64,000 nucleotides of DNA from Squalus acanthias (taxonomy: Eukaryota): positions 89,902,001 through 89,966,000 of the forward strand of contig CM059432.1 in NCBI GenBank assembly GCA_030390025.1, in the 5' to 3' direction. A model generated the notes under the pieces. The model worked only from the letters and a program-made list of their open reading frames with translations, did no database searches and was not told the DNA's origin. Of this stretch, positions 23,824-37,308 are shown one piece after another (within the stretch, counting starts at the first letter, position 1; each line of letters opens with the position of its first letter). The position numbers and the translations under genes were made by a program.

Positions 23824-25525
23824 AAGTCCCACTCATGTAGAGCTCCTGTTAAGATGCTGAGAAGAGGGTGGCATAAGAGTCAGTGAAACTGTTGATTCAA
23901 TTGATATTATGCCATCAATGGCGATAAAAGAAATGAAACAAAATAAAATACATAGCACCTGTAAAGAGAAAAGACAGGTTAGCATTTTAGTTTTTTTTCT
24001 TTTTAATTGTACATGGAGTTAAAAGAGTCTGCCCTATTCTCTTCCATGGTACAGTATTTGGATTAGCTGGCCACTATGAGACATTATTCGTCTAAACCTC
24101 AGTCCCCAACAATGGCACACATGAACCAAATATTGGGGGAGGTGGAAACGGAAGTCCCTTACAGTGGTGTACTGAATTACCCACGATACACTGGTGGTAA
24201 CTAGCTGCCAGGGTACATAAACTCCACCAGAGAACATTTGAATTGTATCTGTAACAGTGATTTGGGCTGATAATTAATTTTTCACTAGCACTCGCCCTTT
24301 CAGTTATAATGCACGATTGTTCCACCAACTCTGAAAGATTGTTTTAAAAATACTTATTGTTACTGCCTGTAAAACATATTTACAACAGTAATGGATATGA
24401 AGATAGACAGTACAGGCACACATAAAAAAGAATGTGTTTTAGAGTAAATATATAATTCTTTTGTGCATTTTACAGTGCCTATTTGGGTCATTTGAAATGA
24501 AGAATTTTCAGGGTTGGGCTGCCTGACATCCGAGCATTCTATGCAGGAAATGCAAATACCATGCAACACCTGTTCCTCAGCTGGGCCTGTGTGCCTGGGT
24601 ATTTTTACTTGAGGTGTCCATTGTCTTTCTGGCTGTGAGTCAGAAGCAATGGACTGATTAATTACGCCATCTTCTATCTCTGCATCTGTCATCAGTGAAG
24701 CAGAATAGTCTGTCTGGATTCCATAATGCCCTTTGCAAATTTGGGTTGGGATGTCGCCTGGGCCTGTAAGCATTGCTTGTCTTTATCTTTAGCAAAGGGG
24801 TATAAGCGAGATTTGGTCCTCGGGTGAATTTTAGTATAACAGTTTCCTGAGGGAGCTATGCCTAGGCTCTCTCATTATCCACGTTATGGATGATAGCACT
24901 ATTGCTTGGTCTGGCAGATAGAATGGCTGAGAAAACAGAATTGAGAGCAGACTACCAGGGCAAACTATGGCTATATCTATTCTGTGCATTTTAGTAGAAG
25001 CTGTTGATGTGCTGAATGGCATGTTATTAACACTGAAGTCATATTATTCTCATTTGAATAGACTTGCATCAACTTTTTAATTTAAATCAAACATCTGACA
25101 TATAGGAGATTCCAATTATTGGACTGTCATTGTCCCAACATGATTGCAAAAGGGTCAAGAAATTGTGGTTAACATATTTGCATAAAAGTCATTGTGCATT
25201 GGAAAATTGGAAAATGTGTGTGCGCATATGTGTGCGTGCTGAAGCTTAAACTTGTTGAAGTGTGTAGTAATTTGTGTTGTATCTGGATGTGTGAGAAATC
25301 TGAACGTAGTTTTAGTAGTTTTTAATAGTCTAAATTTAAATTCCAAATTGGCAACTAGTACCAGATATTGTGACCTCTGTAAACTGTTCAAATTAATAGT
25401 GCCAAAATTACAGCACCAATATAAAAATAAGTCCCCTTACAGAAAAAACATTTCAGACTTCACAAAATGTGTCAGTTGTATGCAGTTGGCGAAATGCATA
25501 TCATCACAGTTATTATCACCCTATT

Positions 25526-26289
25526 GGCCCGGATTTTCCAGGGCCTATGACCGCGTACGCACAGCGTATGCAATTGTAAGTGCCCTGCAAGTTCTGAGTT
25601 TCTGCGTGCGATGTGCATGCGCGAAAACCTGGAACTTGCGATCTGTCATGTTTCAGCTTGACAGATCGTACGAATTCGCAGGAAATGGACATTCGCTGGC
25701 AGAAAGTTGGGCTAGTTGCCCAACTACTGCCCAGCGAATGTCCACGAAACTCTTACGCCTGGTAAAAGCACACATAAGGCCTTTTTTTTACCAGCGTAAG
25801 AGTTTAAATAAATATTAAAATAATTTTTTTAAATGATTTAACCATACAAAAATCTTTAAAATTAGTTTAGGTTATTTTTGGCCCCTCGGAAAATGTTTAC
25901 ATTTATTTTTCCAAAAATTAAATTTTTGTTTTAAATGTTTAATTAAATTGTATTTTAATTAATTTTGACCATGTGATGATTTATTTTTATTTCAGTGCTG
26001 TGATAGTGTGTTTTTTAGGGGATTCCTATTATTCTTATGGAGATTCCACGGAATCTCCATAAGCATAATGGGAATCCCCCTTTGTGATTGGTTGGGCCGG
26101 CCCACATGATCCCAGGGACACTTGCGAACTGCATCTGCTCCTGGGATACCTGGGCCTTTACACAGGCCTACGCCTGCAGGCCCAGGAGCGCGAAACTTCG
26201 AAGGTATGGAGGCACCAGGTAGGTGTGGTGTTTACTTGCAGTTCAGAGGCATTCGCCCGCGGGAAGCCTCTGACCGCAATTTCCAGCCC
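25526..26289. mobile_element. Harbinger-type MITE with an AT-rich centre
   Basis: Ends GGCCCGGATTTTCC and GCAATTTCCAGCCC, flanked by ATT and GTT. Collinear with 27404-28154. Confidence 0.8.
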
Positions 26290-27217
26290 GTTCGTCAAAG
26301 CTCACTCTGATCATATCAGCTTTCACCTGTGCATCAGATTCATGACAATGCAAGATCTATCAGGAGGACCAGTGTGAAATAATAATTAGCACATAAGGAC
26401 AGATAAGTGTAGAATGGGTAGCAGAATAAAAAGAGAGAGATTACACTAGCCTTTTCATTAATCTGTCCAGATATTAAGAGAACTTTCTTTATCCCTCATG
26501 GTCACAAGCAGATGATCATTTCAGCACTTCAAGGCAAACTCTTGGTCCAGGCTGCTTGCTGATTGAAATTCGGTGCATGCCATGTAATTGCTGTCCCTTC
26601 TTCCGATGCATTTGAAGATTACATTTGATAATGCCCAATATTAATAACCAGATGTGATCTTCTTCCTGCCTTGAGGTCAGGCTTGCTGGACAGGTCAAAC
26701 CATTTGTCTGTGTGCACAAACTGTGAAGTCTATTCAGAATGACAGGTATGAAAAGGAGTATGGGGCGTTAACCCCCCCAGACCACCAAAGGGAACCTTCC
26801 TGCTGGGAACAAAGAGCTGCAGTAGCTGCTGCAATTTTGCTAAGATTTAAACCAGGTTAACAGCAGCTGAGGGGCTGTTGCATTTACTTCAGTAGCCAGA
26901 AGGTCAATCACGGAGGCTTTATTTCAGCTTTAATCTGCGTAACTATAGAGGAAATGAGCACATTGTGTGAGTGATATGTAAACAGAAACAATGTAGAGAT
27001 AGATTTGCCTTTTCAATTTTCACATGCTCACCATGACTTTACAGTGTGAAAGCCAAGACACTATGCAGAGTCTAGGTAAACAGTGCCCCAGTAGATTTAT
27101 TGGTATCTTTATAAATATACCATCCTTAATTGTATTTTTTTCTTCTGACTGAGATTTGATGGTGAGTGGTTATTTATATATTTATAATTCTATTTTACAT
27201 TGTACATGAAGAATGTC

Positions 27218-27373
27218 GCACAACACCAGGTTATAGTCCAACAGTTTTATTTGAAATCACAAGCTTTCGGAGCAGCAGCTCCGAAAGCTTGTGATTTCAA
27301 ATAAAACTGTTGGACTATAACCTGGTGTTGTGCGACTTCTCACTTTTGTCCACCCCAGTCCAACACTCCGCAT
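27218..27373. mobile_element. Fold-back Penelope-like pLTR insertion with 13-bp TSD
   Basis: TSD CATGAAGAATGTC at 27205-27217 and 27374-27386. Perfect 59-bp arms 27215-27273 and 27278-27336 with a 4-nt loop. Confidence 0.92.
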
Positions 27374-27403
27374 CATGAAGAATGTCAGCAGAGGAAAAAT
27401 ATT

Positions 27404-28154
27404 GGCCTGTATTTTCCGATGCCTACGGGTGTGTACGCGCTGTGTACACACCCGTAGGGACATCGGAAATGCCGGCTTCAAGCATGCGAAGCGCATGCAC
27501 CGAAAACCGACATTTCCAATCTGTCAAGAATGCTCGACAGATCGGACGCCTGCCCTGGAGAAGGGCCTCTGCGGGGGGGAGAGTTCCGCTTTCTGCAGAA
27601 CCTCCGCCCGCAGAAAACCCTTAGAAATCTTACGCCTGGTAAAAGCAGGCGTAAGGCCTGCTTTTACCAGCATAAGAGTTGAAAAAAAGTTTTTAAAAAA
27701 ATTTCACTCATTTATAATTTAAAAATACTTTAAAAAAAGTTAAGTTTATTTTTAGCCTGTAAAAAACTTTAATTATTTTTTTCAAAAAATTAAATTTGTT
27801 TAAAATATTTAATTTAATGTAATTTTAACTCATTTTAAAAATGTGATTTAAAAAAAAATTATTTAATGTTTTAGTGTCTTTTTGGGGTGATCTCCATTCA
27901 TATATTTGACAGGTGTATCTGTCAAAAGTATGAAAGGAGATTCCCTTCTCCTATTGGCTTGCCTGGCCCATGTGATCCCAGGGACGCTTGCGAACCGCAT
28001 GCGCCTCTGGGATATGTGGGCCCTGCGCATTTCGAGTTGGAGAGGCCCAGGAGCGGAAGAGTCCGGACCTCGGGAGCCCTCAGGTAAGGGCGTAGATTTT
28101 TTTCCGATAGGAGGCATCTGCACGCAGGAAGCCTCCTATAGGAAATTATGGGCC
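27404..28154. mobile_element. Harbinger-type MITE
   Basis: TIRs GGCCTGTATTTTCC and GGAAATTATGGGCC. Perfect 3-bp TSD ATT at 27401-27403 and 28155-28157. Confidence 0.88.
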
Positions 28155-31100
28155 ATTGAGTTAATGAACAAAAATAAATCCATTCTTTGTATTTGTTATT
28201 TTGTCAATAATAATAATAAACTCTGCTCATGAAGATTTCAAATCATTATCAAATTCTTCAAACAGTTGTAAAGTTGATTGCAGGCCCTGCTGCACACTTT
28301 GTAGTGTCCACCTACGTGTATATAGGGTCAGAAGGGAAAGACATAATAATGTGCCCTAATTGATTTTGAACATTAGTTTTCTGTGAATAGATAAGTAGTG
28401 ACTGTGACATTTGATTACAGACCAAGGTACCCATTTAACCTTCTTGTTCATATTGGCCAGGATTTCAAATGCAAGTAACTTACCTCCCTCAGGTTCAGTA
28501 GGATTAGATTGTCTGCAGTAATCCCTAATGCTATGAAATGGACCTGATAGAACTGTCTGCTTGGGATAATGTTGATGAATTTCAGCTTATGTAGATTAGT
28601 TAACTCTTCTCACCCTGTACCAAGGATTCAGTATTATCAATAGGTAGAAATTGTTAAGCCACTCTTGTTAAAGTGTACCACAATCTCTGTTTAAGAAAAG
28701 GTACAACATAGAGCAATGTGGGATTTTGTGCTGAGACGTTATTAGATGATCTGGGAAAGGTGACTGGAGCAGTTTGAATAACTGCAGTCAAAAAAGACCA
28801 ATGTATCAGACAGCCCATGAGTGTAAGAGAAGAAAGTCAGCTGACAATATACGTAGATTTTTAACTAGTTAAATCCGCAGTTGATTTCTGCGTTTTCTTT
28901 GTAGAGAATCAAAGAAAACAAAATGCTCTAATCTTCAAAGCAGACACTGGTATGTTGAGTGAACCTTGGTATGCAGACTCACTAAGCCCACCCTTCCAAA
29001 CCATTGTAATCTTTGGTGTAGATGATGACTTCAGTATATAGTGGCCCAAAAAGAGTGCTGGACATGTCAATCACTCTGAGTCTACAAGAAAAAGGCTTCA
29101 CAAAAGAGTTTCTGTGCTCCTGCTTCCCTGAATGTTCCTTGAGTCTTTAAGAAAAGACAGATACTGGATATAGTTACCTTACTCAGACCTACTCTGTGGT
29201 GGATAGTACATTTTAAATAGGACTGTATTTGAAAGTGTTTTTATGTTATATATTTGTTTAGTATAATTCTAGTCATTCATTCATTGTTATATGAAATTAA
29301 TTGCAATGTATTGCTTTCAAAAAGCTTGTAACAAAATGTATGGTAATAATGCAGAAATACATTTTTGTTAACATTGATATTAGTGTTTACTGGCCCCAGG
29401 GAAAGGAAGGCCAATTGCAATACATAGAAAACAAGTATCTAATATATGTATTGGCAACATCCAGACTTTAGTGATTAAAACACATGAAAAAAATTCTGAC
29501 TTCCAAATGTTATTGAAAATGTTGATTCTAGATGTTAGAAAATCAGTGTGGACTTGTGGTTTCCAAAGGTAAAGAAGCAGCTAGCTATTTTGACTGAGTC
29601 CAAATTGCATCGAACATAATTGTGACTGTACAATCCAACACAGAGATGGTTTATTTTTCTTTTGCAATCATTTGTAATTTGTTGGGTTTGGTGCATTCCC
29701 CAATCAAACGTTCCTTTATTTATATGTACGTAAAGTTGTGCCGTGTGGATCCTAGCTAATGATTTTTCTTTTGTACAGTGTAATTCACATGGACATTTGA
29801 TAGGCAGTTGATTAGTCTGGAATGATTTCTTTAAAATGAAAATTAATTGCAATTTGTGCAGCCTTCATTAGTCTGCTTTTATAATTGCATATGTGAGAGT
29901 GCATGACTAGATTTGGCTGGAATTGGTTAAGAACTGTTGAATCCCTTCAATATATTTGGGTTACTGTAGACATTTAAGAGGTGTCCTCCTTAAGAAAAAA
30001 AAATGCAATGAAGAATCTGCTTATTTTCCAAAACTAAAATTGTTGTTTTAGAAATCTTGATAATACTTCTCTGGAAAAAATGTAATTTACTCTTAGATTC
30101 TTGATTTTTTTTCCTCAGGATGGTTTGAATCAATAAGGTATTTCTGTGTCTTGTTATTTTGGGAGTGATAAACAACGCAAAAGCCAAAACACTGAATGGC
30201 TATTTCTATAATTTTTTCTGTTGTTGAATGTTGCAAAACTACCAAAAGTTTTTAATGCAAGTTGCAGAATAGAAATGTGGAGAGGAATTTCTATTTTTGT
30301 CCTTTTTTGTCCAGACACCTTTCACTTTTTAAAGACAATTTGAGAGGAGAACTTTTATTGTCAGTAAGGGTCGAAGACAGGCCTTCCAAACACAATAACT
30401 CAACATTTATCTTATCATTACAAACCGTATACACTAGCCTGTTAAATTACTCAACTATTAATTTATGACACAGAAACCCAGATCACGTCCATACTAAATT
30501 TTCTAAAGTAGAATAATGTAATTTCCTGGGCATCTTATTAGAAAGAGTCTTGCCAGCTCAAACGTACAGAAGTGGGGGTGGGGATGTGGACGGGGCGGCA
30601 ATTGGGGGGAAATCAGTTCAAAGATTATTGAGTTTCTTGATCAAAAACATGAACAGATTCAAGAATATTGGTGTCATTCTAGGCTTGGGAATTTGTTTGA
30701 AAGTATAGCTGCTTATTTGTAGAAGAAACTGGCTTTTTGGCCACAGTTTAGTTTAGTTAATGTTGGAAAAAATGTGTTTAGGCGACAGATTTTTAAATCA
30801 CTATAATATAAATATGCTTCTCTTTTCATCCTGAATTTGCTTTATTTCAAGGTAATTTACTGCAGCAGACATGCACTTATGTCTGTCTTTGTAATTTTAG
30901 GGATTAGGATAGTGAGGATTAAATGCTGCCTCTTAATCTTCCATATCAACTTTAAGAGCGAAATGTAATATGCAAATGGAATACATTCATTTTGTGTTTA
31001 CATATTTTTTAATCTCAGTAATTTAGTTCTAAGAAGATGGGAACTCATCTTTGCCTTATTTATTTTGAATCCTAAAGCAAGATGCCATTAAAATCTTTAT

Positions 31101-32329
31101 CCCTATGTCTTAAAGGATAAATGTTTATCCACGGGGGATTAAAATATAATTTTTTTTAAAAAGTGTTCTGAACTCTGTCCACACTTAACGTCACGCTGAG
31201 TTTGGTGCTCTAGATTTTCACTGTGTGTAGGGTTACAAAACTTTTTTTTACAAACTTGTTAAAGTGGTTCTGTTTTTTCCCTAAATGATTTGAAGAAATT
31301 CTTTTGAACAGCAGTGAATCTGACGCTGTATCATAGAAAAATTGAATTTAGCTCACTCTGAATTTATCAGTGAGCTGGCACTTTCCAGCATCATTCACTC
31401 AATCACAGTGGGGGCAAGTCTGTTAAAAGATTTTTACACCCATAGTGCTTTTTATTCTGTGAAGTGAAGTCAGTTAGTTCCGTAGGACTAGAACCACAGA
31501 TCAGAATTACAATTTTTTTTTTTAAAAAGAGAAGGAATTTGTTTGGAAAAGTCTATCCCTGACTAATGACAAACAGATGTTATGAAAGGAGATGTACAGT
31601 GATGAAACAGAGCTTGCATCTCAGATATGAAAACATAAGGTTATGCCTAAAATATATCTTTCAGATTTATTATCTGCGTCTTAAAGAAGCTAAACATGGG
31701 TTCACATAGAATGTAGAGCATATATTTTATTTAATCATAGACAAATAAGTGCAAAATGTTGTTTTAAAATCAATCTACGTTGATACCTCAAAATAACATT
31801 CACTCACTCCTGAGAAAGGGAAACAGCAGATAGAGCCAGAAGACTCCCACACACAGTATTTCCCTTCTTTCTACACTCCCACCAGCTCCTTTTCTGTGTG
31901 ATCACATTCACATATGCACATTTTTTCTCTTACATTCTCCTTACCATTCTCTTTTGGGAAATATCTCGTCCTACCAATTAATTTTATTTTCATTCTGTAT
32001 ATTTGCACAGAAAATTCCTGGCCATGAAATGTGGTAGAAAGTTTCCATGCACCACATTAAGGGGAGCATGTCCTCTGTGGATACACCATAAGACATGTAC
32101 AAGGATGTTGCAGTAGTGCTTAGTGGTATACAAGCAAACTCACAACTTGTAGGCTATGTATTAATCCCAGTCTATGAAAAGCAGATCAAGGATGAAAGTG
32201 AATGCTGGCCACTGGCCATAGTTCATCTCTTTATAATCTAATGGCTGGAACTGTAAATTTAATATGCTAATGGTTCACTGGTAGTGTCGTAGACTTAAAT
32301 CTGGTGCAGGGAGAGAGTTAGTGGGGTAG

Positions 32330-33060
32330 GCTCAGTGCTATGGAAGAGGAGAGGGACTTGGGGATGCAGGTTCACAGAATATTAAAGGCAGCACCTCAAG
32401 TTAATACACTGTAAAAATAACTAACAGAATTCTAGGTTTTATCTTAAGACGTTTAGAATATAACAGCCAACAGGTAATGATGAGCCGATATAAAACCTTA
32501 TTAAGACCTCAGTTAGAGTACAGAGTGCAGTATTCAACTCCACATTATAGGAAGGATATTGAGGCTTTAGAAAGCGTACAACACAGATTCACTAGAATGC
32601 TCCCTGTATGAGGAAATACAAATACGAAGAAAGACTTGAAAAATGGAGTATTTTTTCATTCAAACAACAGATTACGGATGATATAATAGAAGTACTTAAA
32701 ATTATGAAAGGATGGGACACGGTAGATAGAAGCTGACTGTTTGCAGTTGAGGGGTCAAGATCAAGGGGCCATATACAAGATTAAATGTAAGAGATTTAGA
32801 TAAGAGAGCAGGAGAAACGTCTTCACACAAAGAGTTGTGAGGCTGTGGAATTCTCTTCCAGGGTTAATGGTTGAGGCAGAAACTTATGTCAACATTCAAG
32901 ATTAGACTGGATATGTGGATGAAGGAAAAGGAGTTAAAGGCATATGGGAACAGGGTGGGTAAATGTGATTAGAACTTTTCGCTCTCACGGAAGCTAGATG
33001 CCGATACTGACTGGTTGGGCCAAATGACCTTTTTCCGTGTTGCAACTACTATGTATTCCA
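32330..33060 (+). mobile_element. Old CR1 3' portion
   Basis: ERDLGMQVHR, YKTLLRPQLEY, PHYRKDIEALESVQHRFTRMLP and FTQRVVRLWNSLP. Confidence 0.88.
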
Positions 33061-34007
33061 CTGTGGTGTTATTGATACAGAATAATATTGATTGTATGAT
33101 ATCATTAGAACCCATTCAAAAACTTATGCTCCCTGTATACTTTGCCAATCAGAATATTTAGCCAAATAGCCTCATGTGATAATAATGTAAATTTTGTGGC
33201 TCAAGTAATGGCATCAGAATCAAAACAGCAGATGTTATTTATTCATGAAGTTAGACATGATGGGCTTGTTTTTCTTTGGGAATCTGCCCATTCTCAGGTG
33301 GTCCTAGAACATTCTTCAGAGGAAAACAGAGGAGGAAAAGGAGGTAGAGGCCTACTTGTTATTTACATCCTCTTCCCCCACCCACTGCCACCGATGTCAG
33401 TCACCCAGCCATTTCATTCTCCTGCTCTCTTTGTTAAAAGAGGAAATTATGGGCCCATTCAAAATTTGTATTTTACTAGCAGAGTTCTAAAGTCATTGGT
33501 ACAAATGATCAAGATGTGGACTAATTTTTCCAGTCAATATTTTGTGCAGTGGGTTATAAAGACGTTTATGAAGCATACACTTTTGGATATATCTACTGAG
33601 GTCTTTGAATTTTAGCATTTGTAATCAGGACTGGAGCTCACAATGCTTTGAACAAAGATATTTTTGGTGGGACACGGAAGGTCTAAAAAGAATTGTACAC
33701 CCCACTGCTGATTAAGTTTCCTTCAGTTATTTTTAATTGCATTATGTCCTCCTAATTGGTAGATAACAATTATAGAGAATCCAGTAAATAAGCAAATGGC
33801 ATATCTCTGGGAAGAATTAATGCACTTCAATCAGCATTTTTTTGGTAAAGTATCTGGGACAAGTGTTACAAACAGAATACCCCATGGTGGGACTGTCACT
33901 GGGTCAGAGGGTGAGCATATACTGCAGGGCTGCCAAGTCTCACTATTTGGAAGTATGACACACTAATTTCAGGTGAACTACACAATATTTTAACTGACTT
34001 ATGTTTT

Positions 34008-34270
34008 ATTAATAAATAATACTTGCATTTATATAGCACCTTATCTCAAAAAACTTCACAAAACTAATTATTTTTGAAATGCAATGATTATTGTTATGTA
34101 GGCAAACTTGGTAACTGTTCTATGCCAGCAACACCCCAGAAACAGCAATGAGGTGAGTGACAAGCTAATCGGTTTTCTTGCTGACATCGGTTGAGGGAAA
34201 AATGTTGGCTATGACACTGGGATAACTCCATGCTCTTGTTTTGAATGGTTCCAGGGGATCTTCAATGCTC
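34008..34270 (-). mobile_element. DeuSINE-like 3' half
   Basis: cttgcatttatatagcacc tail and ggttgagggaaaaatgttggc match the 46623-47062 SINE. Confidence 0.75.
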
Positions 34271-34844
34271 ACCCAAAACAATAAAACAGGTAGACAAGAA
34301 TGTTACACTTTCAAAAAAAAAAACTAAGAAAAAATACTCGTACAGCATACTTTTTCTAAGATTTAGATTGTAGGCATAATTTTCCAACTTCACACTCCCA
34401 GTAGGGAGCCTCACTTGCCAGTAGTACATATCAGAATTTCCAGCACTCAAATGATTTTCAACTATTTTTATGCTCATAAAATTATACACGACATACGTCA
34501 GAATTTCCGATATGTACTTTCAGCAGCAAGGTTCCCCTCGGGAATGCAAAGTCAGAAAATTATCCCTTGCATGTCTTGTTTAAACAATAAATACATAAAA
34601 TCCCCGAATAGCTCACCATGGATTCAATCCCAAGCTGCACTCAGACACTCCAGAGGCTGCTTGTGGAGGAAATTCCCAAACATGCAGTTGAACATATTAA
34701 GAAAATCTCCAACCCTATCGGCTGTTTTTGATCCCGTAGGAAATGAATTTAAAATAGGAGATGCCCATGCAAATATGATTTAAGAACATGCATTTGTTAC
34801 ATTGAGATTTTAAACTTTACTATTACATTTTATTCCTATTACAA

Positions 34845-37153
34845 GTGGTAGAAGTGTCAGTAGGAGAGCATTTTGGTGACAGTGACCATAATTCGTTGAG
34901 ATTTAAGGTAGTCATGGAAAAGGACAAAGATGGACCGGAAATAAAGGTTCTAAATTGGGGGAAGGCCGATTTTAATATGATAAGGCAGGATCTGGCCAAA
35001 GTGGACTGGGATCAGCTACTTGTAGGAAAATCCACATCAGAGCAATGGGAGTCTTTCAGAAAGGAAAGAGAGAGAGTACAACGGCAACATGTTCCCGTAA
35101 AAGGTCAAAGGTGGGACCAACAAGCCCAGGGAACCCTGGATGTCAAGTGATATACAAGAATGGATTAGGAAAAAAAGGGAGGCTTTTGGCAGATACAAAG
35201 GACTAAAAACAGTGGAAGCCCTAGAGGAGTATAGAAAGTGCAGGGGGGTACTTAAAAAATAAATTAGGAGAGCGAAGAGGGGGCATGAAATAACACTGGC
35301 GGGCAAAATAAAGGAAAATCCCAAGGTGTTTTATAAGTATGTTAAGGGCAAGAGGATAACCAGGGAAAGAGTAGGGCCCATTAGGGACCAAAGTGGCAAT
35401 CTGTGTGTAGAGCCAGAAGATGTAGGTGGGGTTTTAAATGAATATTTTGCATCTGTGTTCACTATGGAGAAGGGTGATTTAGGCATAGAAATCAGGCAGG
35501 GGGATTGTGATATACTTGAACAAATTAGTATTGAGAGGGAGGAGGTACTAGCGGTTTTAACAGGCTTAAAAGTGGATAAATCCCCAGGCCCAGACGAGAT
35601 GTATCCCAGGCTGCTGTGTGAGGCAAGGGAGGAGATTGCAGGGGCTCTGACACAAATTTTCAGAACCTCTCTGGCTACAGGGGAGGTGCCAGAGGACTGG
35701 AGAACAGCTAACATAGTACCATTATTCAAGAAGGGTAGTAGGGATAAACCAGGGAATTACAGGTCAGTGAGCCTAACATCAGTGGTAGGGGAATTATTGG
35801 AAAACATTCTGAGGGACAGAATTAGTCTCCACTTGGAGAGGCAAGGATTAATCAAGGATAGTCAGCATGGCTTTGTCAGGGGGAGATCATGTCTATCCAA
35901 TTTGATTGAATTTTAAGAGGGGGTGACTAGGTGTGTGGATGAGGGTAGTGCAGTTGATGTGGTCTACATGGACTTCAGTAAGGCTTTTGACAAAGTCCCG
36001 CATGGGAGACTGGTCAAGAAGGTAAGAGCCCATGGGATCCAGGGCAATTTGGCATATTGGATCCAAAATTGGCTTAGTGGCAGGAGGCAGAGGGTGATGG
36101 TCGAAGGTTGTTTTTGTGACTGGAAGCCTGTGTCCAGTGGTATACCGCAGGGATCGGTGCTGGGTCCTTTGCTGTTTGTAGTGTACATTAATGATTTAGA
36201 TATGAATGTAGGAGGTATGATCAGTAAGTTCGCAGATGACACGAAAATTGGTGGGGTGGTAAATAGTGAGGAGGGAAGCCTCAGGCTACAGGACGATATA
36301 GACGGGTTGGTTAGATGGGCAGAACAGTGGCAAATGGAATTTAACCCTGAAAAGTGTGAGGTGATGCATTTTGGGAGGACTAACAAAGCAAGGGAATACA
36401 CAATGAATGGTAGGACCCTAGGAAGGACAGAGGATCAGAGGGACCTTGGTGTGCATGTACATAGATCCCTGAAGGCAGCAGGACAGGTAGATAAGGTGGT
36501 TAAAAAGGCATATGGGATACTTGCCTTCATTAGCCGAGGCATAGAATATAAGAGCAGGGAGGTTATGATGGAGCTGTACAAAACGTTAGTTAGGCCACAG
36601 CTGGAATACTGTGTGCAGTTCTGGTCGCCACACTATAGGAAGGATGTGATTGCATTGGAGAGGGTGCAGAGGAGATTCACCAGGATGTTACCTGGGCTGG
36701 AGCGCTTCAGCTATGAAGAGAGACTGGACAGGCTGGGGTTGTTTTCCTTAGAGCAGAGAAGGCTGAGGGGGGACCTGATTGAGGCGTACAAAATTATGAG
36801 GGGCATAGATAGGGTAGATAGAAAGGAACTTTTCCCCTTAGTGGAGGGGTCAATAACCAGGGGGCATAGTTTCAAGGTAAGGGGCAGGAGGTTTAGAGGG
36901 GATTTGAGGAAAAACTTTTTCACCCAGAGGGTGGTTGGAATCTGGAACTCACTGCCTGAAAGGGTGGTAGAGGCAGGAACCCTCACAACATTCAAGAAGC
37001 ATTTAGATGAGCACTTGAAACGCCATAGCATACAAGGCTACGGACCAAGTGCTGGAAAATGGGATTAGAATAGACAGGGCTTGATGGCCAGCGCGGACAC
37101 GATGGGCCGAAAGGCCTCTTTCTGTGCTGTATAACTCTATATGACTCTATGAC
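34845..37153 (+). mobile_element. Young 5'-truncated CR1 LINE, ORF2 with few disablements
   Basis: GEHFGDSDHN through an open RT (35923-37068: PQGSVLGP, KFADDTK) to the natural stop. Frameshift near 35100, stops near 35260 and 35914, and an (ATGACTCT)-type tail. Confidence 0.97.
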
Positions 37154-37308
37154 AAAAGTCTTTTAATTCAGACACTTATTAAAATGTCCAACTCCATCAC
37201 ACTGTTTCACATCGCCTTTAATGTAGCTTCACATACTGTTTTTTCTAACATAGGCAGCCCTCATACTAACTTGTTACCTCTGGGACTTGTGTTTCAATTG
37301 GAATGGTA

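Noticed and set aside
24034..25022. Cluster of short minus-strand ORFs
   Set aside because: No recognisable domain or coherent splice chain.
25252..25818. 188-aa ORF
   Set aside because: Runs from unique sequence into a MITE, has a non-ATG start and shows no homology signal.
35923..37068. Intact 381-aa reverse transcriptase as a functional gene
   Set aside because: Open tail of a 5'-truncated CR1 ORF2 with upstream stops and no ORF1 or promoter.
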